A stretch of 64,000 nucleotides of DNA from Camelus ferus (lineage: Eukaryota), in NCBI RefSeq assembly GCF_009834535.1, contig NC_045717.1, positions 21,390,001 to 21,454,000 of the forward strand, in the 5' to 3' direction. Every line of letters begins with the position of its first letter. Within the stretch, counting starts at the first letter, position 1. Made by a program: the position numbers and the translations under genes. Shown here piece by piece: positions 9,878 to 21,600 of the stretch. Below the pieces are notes generated by a model, which saw only the letters and a list, made by a program, of their open reading frames with translations, was not told where the DNA came from and did not search any database.

Positions 9878-11085
9878 TTTACTCACAGCACTTCTGACAC
9901 CAAATGTGTGGGGGTTTTCCACACCACTTCTCTGTGGGCACCACCTGGGTGCCCTACAGTTCAATTCCAACCCTACCTAAACTCTACAGGCTAAGGGCTC
10001 AGTCCCACAAGACCGCCCTCCACCTCAGATGCCGGTCACCAGTATTGGGTCCCCAGAGTACTCGTTATGAAGTCCAAGTTCGTACTGCTCGCTGCACAAC
10101 AGGCCAATAAATCGAGAGACAAGTTGTTGAGGCGAGGGAGCAACCCTATTCGGAAAGCCAGCAGACCGGGAAGATGATGGACTAGTGCCTCCAAAGAGCC
10201 ATCTTGCCTGCATTAGAATTCAGGCTTCTTTTATACTGAAAGGGGCGGGAGTAAAGCCAAGCATTTCCGGTTCCTGTTGGGCTCGGGGTTGTTAATTTCT
10301 TCCTGCCTTCACAGGTGGGCCTGGTCACAATGTTTCCTGTGAGCTAAAAAGGCATTTTCACTTAATGGTCATTACCTGGGAAGCAGGATTCCCAGAGATG
10401 GGCTTATAGGCAATGTCCCTTTAGTGATTAACTAGCAAGAGAATACAAAGGTTAAAGTAAAAGAAACATGGGACACAGAGTCAGGTTTGTTCTCCCCTCT
10501 GACATGCCATACTCTTCTCTGACTTGGCTACAAAATCAGGGGGCCCTTGCAATCCCCCCTCCCTTTCAGGTTTGATAACTAGAATAATTCACAGAACTTA
10601 GGAAAGTGAGTTACTTACTATTACCAAGGATGTAACTCAGATGGGAGAGATGTACAGGGCAAGGTATGGGGAAGGGGCCCTGAGTTTCCATGCCCTCTGT
10701 GGGTGTGCCACCCTCCCTCAGTGTGTTCACCAAACGGGAATCTCTCCGAACCTTGTTGTTCAGGGTTTTTATGGAGATTTCATCATGTGAGCACGGTTGA
10801 TTAAATCACCAACAGTTGGTGATTGGCTCGATCCAGCCCCTTTCCTCCCTGGACCCTCACTCCCAGGAGCTGGGGTTGATAGTTTCAACCCTCTAATCAT
10901 GATTTGGTCTTTCTGGTGACCAGCTTCCATTCTGAAGTTTCCCAGGGGCCCCCAGCCTAGGCTGTCTTCTCATTTGTATACAAAAGACACTCTTATCACT
11001 CCGGAGATTCCAAGGGTTTTAGGAGCTGTGTGCCAAGAAAAACCAGGACCAAAATCCAACTATTTCTTTTCTGTTGTATCAGACA
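9878..11085 (-). mobile_element. MER21-like LTR interrupted by a younger LTR
   Basis: Both halves resemble MER21 (actcacagcacttctgacaccaaatgtgtggggg...; aaaagacactcttatcactccggagattccaagggttttaggagctgtgtgcca). Confidence 0.75.
10063..10504 (-). mobile_element. ERV1-type solo LTR nested in the MER21-like LTR
   Basis: gttatgaagtccaagttcgtactgctcgc...ctctgaca, with TATAAAA on the minus strand at ~10230. No clean TSD seen. Confidence 0.7.
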
Positions 11086-11180
11086 GGAAAGAGCTGGATG
11101 TGGCCACAAAAATTTTTTAAATCCATGCATTTGAAGTGCTGATATTATAGTGAAGAAACACTTGTTTAAGTTAAACAAGA

Positions 11181-11315
11181 GGGGAGGGTATAGCTCACTG
11201 GTAGAGCACATCCCTAGCACGTATGAGGTCCTGGGTTCAATCCCCAGAACCTCCATTAAAAAAAAAAAAAAGTAAACCGAATTACCTCCCCCCAGAAAAT
11301 AAATAAACATAAAAT
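11181..11315 (+). mobile_element. tRNA-Ala-derived camelid SINE with TSD
   Basis: GGGGAGGGTATAGCTCACTGGTAGAGC...GGTTCAATCCCC. TSD AAGTTAAACAAG / AAGTTAAGCAAG. Confidence 0.9.
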
Positions 11316-14300
11316 TAAGTTAAGCAAGTAAATTATATAGTATTTTAGACACTAGGGGCTATGGGGAGGAGGACACATAGAAAGGGGCATCAGAAATGCT
11401 GGGGAGGGGTTGCAGCACTAACTAGGGGGGTGGGGAGGGAGATGAGTCAACAAGAAGGTGAGATTTGCACAAAAGGCATGAGGGGAGCCATGTCACTCCA
11501 GGCTGAGGGAACAGCCAGTGCAAAGGCCCTGAGGCAGGAGCCTGGTGTGTTCAAAGCAGCAAGGAGGAGCAGAGCAAGTGTAGGGGGCAAGTGGGAAGAG
11601 TGACAGGGAGAGCAGTGAGGTGACAGGTCAGATCATGCAGGGCCTTTTGGGTCACAGAGTCAGGTAGGAGCCATGGAGGGTTCCGAACTGACAAGGGACC
11701 TGACCTGGCTCAGGTATTCACTGGTGCCCTCTGGCTGCTATGGGGACCAAACTTCTTGCCAGAATTGGTTGAGGAAACATCAGCTTCCTTGCCCTCCATG
11801 CACTGAAACTTTCCAGGGTCAAGGTGGTGGCCACGAGGCCCAGCTAGAGGCAGCCCCACATCTGAGGCTCCCTGGCCTGATCTGGGTTCTACTATATGAC
11901 ACACAGCCCTTGACCAACCATCTACTTGGCTGTGTTTCAACCATCCTCTTCCTGGAAACTGCATTTCACTAATGGAAATAAAAGAACCACCACATACGGA
12001 CATAATGACTTTAATTTTCTTTTTCTTTTGTGGAGAAAAATGCACACCTTTCTGAGTGGACATCAAAGAATGGCTTATATGGGAGAACCACATCCAGGAT
12101 ATAAATGACCAGGTCCAAAGCTTGAGCCATAGAGTATTTTGGGATCATTGGGAAGAAGCCAGTTAGCAGAATCAGTGCTTCAACAGAGAGACCAAAATGT
12201 TCACCCCTTACTTATTTTTTTTTTTGGTTGAGTAGGAGAGAAAGCTACAAGAACATGGTCCCTGGAGAAGCCAAAGAAAGAAAAAGAAAGAAAGAAAGAA
12301 AAAAAACTAGAAACCCAAACCCAAAATAGCAGTCATAGCAATTTCCCACTGAAACTGCCTATGGAAAGACAAGTTCCTGAAAGCAGGTGATAAGAAGGCA
12401 CAGTGTGGATGCAGGAAACAGCCTCAAGTCACCTCCCCAGATCCCAGCCTCCCTGGAGTTGGGAAGTCGTTTTCCCACAGCCTTTGGCTTAATTTCTGTT
12501 TGTAAACTCAACACACTTCCATCCCCTGCAGTGATCTTCATGTATGTTTCAGTTTCCCAGAGACCATCAGGAGTGAAACCTCCCCTTCAAACATCGTAAA
12601 ATAAAAACTTGCATTATTTTTAGAGGAAACAACAAAAAAAATTCTTCTACATCATTCCCAGTCTCGAGAGAACCCAGAGGCAGCTGTCTCAGTCACTACT
12701 TGAAGCTGAACTACTGAAAAATCTTATGTAAACAGAAACCTTAGGCCAGGTCAGGGACTAGATGCAGCCAAAGCTGTGTTTCATCACATGGGAAAAGTCA
12801 GCTTGTCCCTCAGATAATGGCACTCTGACCTGCTGTATTTTTTCTGGCTGCAGTCTGTTGGCCAGTCCAACAGAATCTTGACAGGCGGTGGTGCATCTTA
12901 AGAAGCCTTTTTATAGTTGCTTTAAATTCTCCCTTATGTTAAAGCAACTAACATGTTTGACTCCCACCCCAAAGCTTCAGGTACCCTCACCTGATGCATT
13001 TCCAGGAACTTGTCCCTCCCACCACAGTCGTCTAACTTGGTGGACAAATATCCCCACTTTGAAGCTCTAAGAACAGCCCCCAGTATGGGGTGAACGGAGC
13101 CCTGTAGACATAAACTCAATCTTCAGCTTCTATAAAGAGCTATGTTGAACTTGAACCAGATCTTCCCCACTCCTGGGAGGAGGTTGAGTTCTTCAAGGCT
13201 ACGGGAATTTGTTTTGGAGGCGGAGGCTGGGAGGCTGCCAACGGGAACACAAATCATTCGCTTTGGCCATCCGCAGTGTCAGGTTCTGGAGTGTTAGTGT
13301 TGCAGGGCAGATAGAGGTGGCATGCTACCAGAATTTGGACTCTGGTGGGTAGAAAGAGCTGCTGAGTTGGGTGGGGGGCGGGGAGGCATCAAGATATAGA
13401 TCTCCAAACTGCGCATCACTTCCTAGCAGGGGCCCCTGGCAGCTGAGGACCCCAGTTGGGCCAGTTCCCTGCTGGTGCCTCCACCTGGGAGGCCGGTTCC
13501 CCGCCCATACCCCATCAGCGCGCCACTCCCAAGGTGTATCGCCTAGTGCAAGCAGCAACAGCCGTCAACCAACCCTGCCTCCTCGCCTCTCTAGCCCAAC
13601 CCCAAAGCATTCCTTAGATGACTCCTCCATGAGCAGAAAACATCACTGGACCCTTGCGGTGACATGGCTCGGGAAGCCAGCCATGAGTGGTCTAGGGTTT
13701 TCAAGTCGGAGGAGCCAAAGTCCTCACATCGGAAAAGCTGTCCCGGCAGCTCAAGCTACAGGAATGTTACTCAATTTCCTTTTCTAGCAGGATGTCAGAT
13801 GTGGAAAGACCTTGCTTAAAACATTACCAGGCAAAGAAGGCCGGGGCGGGGGCAGTGGGGTGGCAGGTCTGGGTAGGAGAGCCCCATGCTCCTGGCTCCT
13901 GAGTTAACTCCTGGTAAAAAGCCCCCAGCAGGAATGCCAGGGGTTGAGTAATTCTCTGCCTGGCCCGATGAAGCCCATAGTTCCAAAATCCCATTCTGGA
14001 TCAGGGATCCAGTGGATAAGCTGAAACAGTGGCAGGGACATGAGTGATGTGGAATTCTGGGGAAGCTCAGAAGGCACTTCTGGGGTCCCTGAAGCCGAGT
14101 GGAGTGGGGCGGGGGAGGTCTGACCCCCTCTTCCTTTATAATGGGAAAAGCCGCTTTAATACTGCTTTCACAGGCAGAGAAGCTGCAGGTCAGAAGGGAG
14201 GGGTCTGCCAGGGCCAAAATCCACTGCCCCGCCTCGGAGCCCTGAGGTCTGAGAAGGTTCACAGGCAGAGCCACCTTCCTCATCTCCAGGGATGAGAACC

Positions 14301-14717
14301 CACACTGCACGAGACAGATGAACCATCTTCAGCCAGCACGTGAACTCCAAGCCATGACCAACACAGAACGGAGTGGACAGTGGTTCTGACCCAGAAGGCA
14401 CTGTGGATGTCCCTCCACCAGGTGGGGAGGGACACGCTGCCCACACTACCCCCATTAAAACGCCTGAAAGCAGCAAGCTCGTGCACGCCCATATCCCCAG
14501 ATTCTGCCCACAGTGCAGGATCCTCAGGGTCTGGAGCCTGTGACAGCGGCTGCTTGGGCAGGCTGGTGGCCATGGCCAGCGAATGAGCCATGCAGGGCTT
14601 GGGGATGGCTGAGGGGAGGCGAGGGGGCGCCCTGAGCTTGGAAACAGCCCTTGTGGCTCATGCCTCAGTCACAGTCCCTGCCGAGGCAGGAGGGGGTGGG
14701 GGGATGGGGGACCATTT

Positions 14718-17700
14718 CTAGCAGCTGCAGCCACTGGGCTGCGGGGGTGGGGTGTCCCCCAAGGCCGGGCCTTTCCCATTGCTGCCCGGGCTGGAGCTAG
14801 GTTCCAGGGACTCATTCATCTTCTCGCAGATGACGTCCACCAGGCGCTCAAACACCTGCTTCACGTTGATGCTCTCCTTGGCGCTGGCCTCGAAGAACTC
14901 AAAACCTGGAGGGACATAAGGGGGAACACCTATGAGACCTCAAGGGGCATAGCCTGGGCTGTGGCATCACCCGAACTTGGGTTCCAAGCCCAGTTCTGCC
15001 CTTTGTGCGGCTGTGGGACCTTGGCTGAGTCTCTTAGTCTCTCTGAGCCTCAGTCTGCTAGTCTGTAAAGTGGGAACAATGATGCTTTGGATGCTGATAA
15101 AAATCTGTGGCAACAGCTCTTGCCTGCACTACTTTGCACATCTCTTTGTCACAAGGCAGTGGTGGCCAGAGTCCTGGTTGTAACATTCTGGTGTCCAGCA
15201 GGTATGGGGGTGCCTGGGTGAGTGGGGTTCATTTTCCACCCAATGTCTGCTGCCCAGGAAGGCACAGCCAGGCTGCCCACAAAGCCAGATATTTATGTGG
15301 ACTTTTTTAATGCAGCCAAGTATTTCACATGTTCTGGAAAATAATGCTCCAGGTCAAGTGAAACAGAGGACTGAGCAGTGGCTGAGGGCTGGCTTCAGCC
15401 CAGGGGCTGGTGGGTTTCAGACTTTGTAGAGAGTATACAATGTGCACAGTCCCTGGCCTACAGAATACACTAAAAATGGTGATACTAATGTTAATAGGCA
15501 GTGCTGACGTCACGCTTATGACGTGGCAGGCATTTTTCTAAGCACTTTATGTAAACTAACTCATTTAAGGATGCTCTGAGGTTCAGACTTTTACAGCCCA
15601 TTTTACAGTTGGGGAAACTGAGGCGCGGAAGAACAGTCATTCATGTAAACTCACCCAGGTAGCACAGCCAGGCTGCCTGGCTGGGAATAATAAAGATTAA
15701 ACATTCCTATTGTGTCACCTGGGGCCTCAGGAGGGAGGGCAGGCTGGCTGGCTGACTTCTGGGGAGGGAGATGATGGTGAGGTCGTTTTGAATATATTCT
15801 TAGCATCACAGTGACTGTCATAACCTGTTTCTCCTTTTCAAAAAATGTTTATACCCCTAGAGGTGAGAAGTGGTACAAATGCTTTGGGGACTTGCCCAAG
15901 GTCCCTGGGCTATAGAAGTGACCACTCAACCTACAAATAAGGGTGTACATAACAGTCCTTCTTGCACCCCTAAAAGGCTGGCTCAGGATCTGCCTGCTGG
16001 GAGCTGACCCTGAATGGTCCCTGATGTGTCCCCATCTGCCATCCCTGCCAAGGTAGGCCAGGAATTCAGACAAACACCCACCCTACTGCATACAGAACAG
16101 GGTAAACGGTCTTTACCCTAGCATTGTATCATGCTGCACTATAAAAATGTACTCATAATTATTTATGTGTGTAATTATCCATTTACTGTCTCTGCTACTA
16201 GAAAACCAGCTCCAAGAGGCCAGGATTTCTGTCTGCCTTGTCCACGTCTGCAGCTTGGTGCTGGGCACAGAGCAGGTACTCAAAAGTACTTGATAAATGA
16301 TGGATTGATGGATGGATGGATGGATGGATGGATGGATGGATGGATGGATGACAGAGGCAGGGAACCAACACAGATCTCTCCTCTAAGCCTGGTGATCATC
16401 AGTGTCGCCCCTCTGTCTTCCTAGGCAAAGCTGGCATTTCCTTAATTGTGTCTGGCTCTGCCTCAAATAAGCTGAGGACTTTTTTCTTTTTGAACACTTT
16501 TTTCTTTCTGATTATAAATATTCAGTGAAGAAATTCACTGGAGAAACTAGAAACTACTGAAAAATATCAAGACAGACAGAAAAGTGTAACCTCATCACCC
16601 AGAAACAATTACTATTGGCGCTTTGATGATCAACTTTCCACTCTTTTTGAAAATATAAATACACAATTGTTGGGGTTCAGTTTGTAGAGGGTATGTGCAT
16701 GTGTGTGCACGTATGTGGCCTTTTTCTTACAACATGGGGGTCAAATTCTATCTCCCGCTTTGTATTGTAATATTTTAAATTTAATGGAGAGTGGGAGTCT
16801 CCCCTCACCCCCAGGAACTAGCTGTTTTCTGCAAGGAGGTGTGGGGAGCATCCTCAAGTATTCCAGCCCAGGGCCAGGCCCCCAAAGCTGAATCCCCAGC
16901 ACATCTGGAAATCAGACCCAGGCTGAGGTTCCCAGAAAACACAGGGGACAGAGGAGCAGGTTAAATGGCACCATGATGGAGCAGACTGAAACCCCAAATG
17001 GGAGACATTCCACAGACATTCCAGTTTCTCCAATAAATGATGGCAAGAAAAAAAAAAAAAAGAGGGGGCGGGTAGAGCTTGTGTTTGGCATGCATGCGGT
17101 GCTGGGTTCAATCCCCAGCACCTCCATTAAAGTAAATAAATAAATAAACCTAATTACCTCCTCCACCAAAAAGAATTTAAAAATTTAAAAGATTAAAACA
17201 AAAAAGAAAAAAAGAAAGGGAAAAAAAGAAGAAAGGAAGAAGGAGGACCATTATGGTCCAGGGGTCTGCAAACCATCTCCATAAAAGACCGGAGTAAATG
17301 TTTTAGGTTTTCTGCACAAGCATCAGCAATAGTTCACAATCATGCTAGCTAACACCTGAATGCAACCTAAGAGTTTGCCAGGCTCTGTTAGAACCGCTTC
17401 ATACATCATACCTCGTGTAACCCTCCTGACGACCTGATGAGGTGGGGCTGTTATTATCTGCATTTCACACATGGGGAAGTGCAGGCCCAGAGAGCTGAAG
17501 TCACCAGTACAAGATCACAAAGCAATCAAGAAATAACACGAGTTAATGTTCAATCAGAGCATTTGCTTATTGAATCTTTCTAACAGCCCTAAAAAGGAGA
17601 CGTAGTTTTCACCTGTTTCCTAGATGAACACATAGAAGCCCAGAGAGGGTAGGCGAGGTGCCCAAGGTCACACAGCTAGTGGGTTGCAGAAGGGGATTCT

Positions 17701-19935
17701 AGCTCCAGAGTCTGGATCCTTAACCCACCCTCCCCTGTAGTGGTTACACTGCCTCCCGCAAGGGAAGTCCAGGGGAGGGCCTAGAATACTAGGATACTCC
17801 AGGACAAGATTTTCTTCTAGCTTAAACTGAATCACTAATCCATTCACCTGATTCAGAGAGGTGGACTGAAAAGTTCCCCTCCCACCGAGGTGCCCTGGCC
17901 TCCTAGTTCTCAGACACAAAGCTCACCACTGTTTCTGTATCCTCTTGGAGTTCCTTTCAGCAAACCTAAGTATACATCCTTCTTCTCACCCATTTTATAG
18001 GCTAATGTAGGAGTTGGCAGACTTTGAGCCACAGGCCAAGTCTGGCCTGTTGCCCATTTTTGTAAATAAAGTTTTACTGGCAGATAGTCACCCTCAGTCA
18101 CTGACGTATTATCTATGGCTGCTTTCAGGCAGAGCTGAGTGGTTATGACAAAGACCCTAGGGCTGAAAATATTTCCTTCCTGGCCCATTAAGAAAATGTT
18201 TGCTAAAAAAAAAAAAGTTTGCTGATCCCTGGACTTAAAGGAAGTGGCCATAACCACTATTCTGCAGTTTGCTTATTCCATTTAACCATATACCACAGGG
18301 ACCCCTGAACATAAAGAATGTCCTCATCCTTTTTAACAGCTGTGTAATATTCCACCACAGCACTATACTTCATGTGTAGCTGTCTTCTCCACTGTGAGAT
18401 ATTTGGAAAGTTGTCAAGGTTTTCTACTACTAACGGTACTATAATTTGATATACTTGCCACTTCCCACATAGGTGCAGATGTTTGTAGGATAAATTTCCA
18501 GAAATGGTTTTGCTGAGTCTGGGTTCCCAGGGCAGTGGGGAAGTAAGGAGTACCTGTGGGTGAATCCTCTGAAATTAAATGGAGAAGGTGATATACATGT
18601 GGGTATTCTTCTGGGCAGATCTTCAAAGGGCAAAGGGTTGATGACTGTGGTAGGATCTGGGACTCGAGCACGGGGATGGGGGTTTTGTTCTGGGAGGTCC
18701 AGGGCCTGTGGCCCAGGCTGGGCACTAACCAAGGTCATCGGCGAGCCTCCGGCCCTCCTCAGTGGGCACCACACGTTCGTCCTCCAGGTCACACTTGTTC
18801 CCCACGAGGATGACCTGAGCATTGTCCCAGGAGTAGGTCTTGATCTGTGTGGCCCTGTGGAGTTTGAGGGCTGTTAAGCCAGAGATTAGGGTCAGGGGGA
18901 GAGGGCAATGGTCGGGAGGGGTCAGCAAGCACTCACCAGTCCTGCACGGCAGCAAAGGACTCCTGGTTGGCAACATCATACATGAGCAGGAAGCCCATGG
19001 CTCCGCGGTAGTACGCTGTGGTGATTGTACGGTAGCGCTCCTGGCCAGCCGTGTCCTGGGCACACAGCAGGGTCAGGCATCTAGAAGTCACTCTGTTTCC
19101 TACCTCACCCCTGCAGGACCCTGTCACAGCCCCAGTCTGATGGGAGAAACACAGACCCCTACCTTGAGGGGTTCCCAGTCTAAGGGGTCAGTAGCCTCTC
19201 AGGGATTTATCAACCTCTTTGACCTCATCTCCAAGAACCAACTTCACGACAACAAACAAGAACCACCTGGGCCAGAGCGCGCCACCTTGACGCAGGCAGC
19301 CTGGTGCTCGTTACCATGACAACCACTAGTAGCCGGAGTGATTTTTTTGGGGGGGGAGCAGGAGCATGGCTCTGAAGAGCAGGCAGGCTCAGTGGGGGCA
19401 CCCCTGGCTTACCCAGAAAGGGTACCCAAACCTCTTCCCCATTGGTCACCAGGACTTGCAGCCCACATTGGGTGAGTACTGTCTCCCCCTCAGACCCCAC
19501 AGGGCAGGGCACGTCCCCCCCACCCTGATGAATTCATCTTGTAGATCACACCACTCTTCACACCTACCCCGAGCCCCCTCCCTGACTTTGGGCCACTCTC
19601 CCTCAGCTGGGACCCATCCCCACAGCCCGACACTGTCGCCTGGACTTCCCATGAGGAACCCTAGGTCCTGCCTGGCCAACAGACCCACAGACAGCTGCCT
19701 GGCCCACCCAGATCTGCAGCTTGATCCTCTTGTCATGGCGGTAGACCGTCTTGACCTTGAAGTCGATGCCCACGGTGCTGACAAAGGCGGGCGTGAAGGA
19801 GTCGTCGGCGTAGCGGAACAGGAAGGACGTCTTGCCCACGCTGCTGTTGCCGATGAGCAGCAACTTGAACATGTAATCAAAGTTCTGGTCTGCTGCATCC
19901 CGCTGGCCCGTCTGGGGGTCTCCCGCTGATGCCAT
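14718..19935 (-). CDS. RAB3D: Ras-related protein Rab-3D, 219 aa
   Basis: Coding exons 19935-19708, 19055-18937, 18854-18730 and 14905-14718 sum to 660 nt. Motifs [20 protein letters not shown] and SAK are present, and the C-terminal CSC prenylation motif is followed by TAG. Exon 2 acceptor at 19984; non-coding exon 1 at ~21510-21380. Confidence 0.98.
15490..15670 (+). mobile_element. MIR
   Basis: tttctaagcactttatgtaaactaactcatttaa...cccattttacagttggggaaactgaggc. Confidence 0.7.
15505..15529. promoter_or_regulatory. Full CRE plus UPRE/CREB3-XBP1 motif in RAB3D intron 4
   Basis: TGACGTCA at 15505-15512 and ATGACGTGGCA at 15518-15528. Confidence 0.5.
16299..16350. repeat. (GATG)n tetranucleotide microsatellite
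   Basis: Directly visible at the end of an L2 tail. Confidence 0.95.
17063..17240 (+). mobile_element. tRNA-Ala-derived camelid SINE with deleted A box
   Basis: gctgggttcaatccccagcacctccattaaagtaaataaataaataaacctaattacctcc followed by an A-rich tail. Confidence 0.85.
18010..18231 (+). mobile_element. MER58A-like hAT-Charlie MITE
   Basis: aggagttggcagact...gcccatttttgtaaataaagttttactgg...aaagtttgctgatccctg, with terminal inverted repeats recognisable. Confidence 0.8.
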
Positions 19936-21157
19936 CTTGACAGGGAGCCTCCTGAGGGGGCGGAGGTGGGGAGGGCTGGAGCCCTGCAGGGAAATATAAT
20001 GCCAGGAATGGCTCCAGTGTCTACATCGGACCTGGGCTCAAATCTTGACTCTGTCACTTGGAAGCCAGGTGACCCTCGATGCAGCACTTGCTCTCTATCA
20101 GCCTCAGTGTCCTTTTCTGGACAATGGGGATGTTTGTCAAATTCAAGGACCTGGATTTGGGGCAGGAGGCATGGGGTGCCCAGTAGGGCGGCTGAGGAAA
20201 CAGACCCTGTGGAAGGTACAGGTGTGGACTTTGCCCCGGGGTGAGCAGCCGGCGTGGCCCAGGTGTGAGCTGGAGGGAGGAGGGGCTGCCAGCTGGATAG
20301 AGCCCCCGCCACCTCAGGGCCTGGGTGTTGACTTTGGCAGGTGTTGGCCACCTGCCTGCTCCTACCGAAGCCATGTTTAACCCCTTCCATGACCCCCATG
20401 GGGAGGGGGGTTTCAGTGGATACAGCCCAGGTTTAAAGCCCAGCTCTACCCCCCAGTAGGTACTGCCATCTTCTGTTTGTCAAAAGGGCCGGGCCCATCT
20501 CCCTCCTGGTAGGGCTGACTCACCCCAGCTCCAGCCCATGGAGGCCAGAGCGACAGTCCCCAAATCCAAGGAAACCACCCCAGCCGCCACCACGACCACC
20601 TGGTCCTGCCTTTCCCGGCCACCTGTCCCCACAGCTGGGCTGCTTCATCTTGGTCCAGCATATCCCCTCAGCCCTCATTGCGTCCCTTGGCCTCAGCTTC
20701 CCCCAACAGTTTACGGCTACTCCCTGAGCCTCTCAGAGAGGCTCCAGAAGGCCTGGGTGAATGGGCAACCGGCAGAGGAACCCCTGGTAAAGTCATTTCT
20801 CAATTGCCCGTGTGGCTTTTTTTCCATTTTAAAGGAGGACCCAACCGGCCTCCCCTTTCCTGCCCAGCCCTCTGCCCCACCCCATGTTCCGGGAGAACGA
20901 GTTTCAGGAGGGGAAGAGAAGAGGCAGGAAGACTTTCCCCATGCCGAGCAGGGCTGCCAGATTGGGTCCCCCGCCCCACCCCACCCCCAGCCCCAGCCCA
21001 CCTGTTTGGCCTCTGGTCCCACTTCTTTTTGATCATCTGCGGACCCTTCCTCACGCCTGGCACTAGGTGAGAAACCCGGAGGGCTCAGCCTTGTCCCCCA
21101 TCACTAGATGTGGGGCGCCCCAGCCAGTGCAGGAGAGTGCAGGAGCTTCCTCCCATC

Positions 21158-21167
21158 ACCATATGGT
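21158..21167. promoter_or_regulatory. MIST1 (BHLHA15)-type E-box in RAB3D intron 1
   Basis: Perfect 10-bp palindrome ACCATATGGT. Confidence 0.65.
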
Positions 21168-21379
21168 CCCATCTCAAGTCCCCAGCTGGGCTGTCTGCCC
21201 CGCCCGCGCCCCATTAAGGCTCCCCGATGAGCCCAGCTGGCTGGGGGCGAGGGAAGAGGCGTCCCCCGCCGCCTGCCTTTGTTCCCAGGCCCCGGGCCCT
21301 CCCCCTAAGCCCCTGTTGCCCCAAGACCTGCTGGGACGCGGAGGTGTGGGTCTGGTTGCGCTCCCTCCGAAGGGGTCAC

Positions 21380-21600
21380 CTCGCGTGGGGGGTGCTGCCC
21401 GCGGGGGTTCTGCCTCCAAACTCGCTGCGGCCTGGCCCCGGTTGCGACCCCGACCCCGCAGCCGCCACCGCCGCCGCTGCCCGCAGCCACCCGGATCCCG
21501 CGCCGGCTCCGCCCAGGTGGGGGTAGGAGGGGCCGCTCCCGGCTGAGGGCGGGGCGGGGCTTGTGGAGAGCGGGGGAGGGGCTGGAAGCAGCACCGCGTG
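21380..21600 (-). promoter_or_regulatory. RAB3D: RAB3D CpG-island promoter and non-coding exon 1
   Basis: CpG-rich segment with tandem GC boxes (GGGGCGGGGCGGGGC, ~21546-21560) and a candidate donor GAG|GTGACC at 21380/21379 on the minus strand. Confidence 0.75.

Noticed and set aside
11181-11255. Apparent tRNA-Ala genes (also at 2216-2380, 8992-9143, 53125-53364 and elsewhere)
   Set aside because: A-rich tails, TSDs and stem mismatches show they are SINEs.
11780-11975. CAG|CTTCCT (LP...) considered as the TSPAN16 last exon
   Set aside because: Only two residues match and no TM4 follows.
19446-20399. 317-aa ORF overlapping RAB3D exon 2 in another frame
   Set aside because: Crosses both splice sites into intronic and MIR-like DNA; typical GC-rich shadow ORF.
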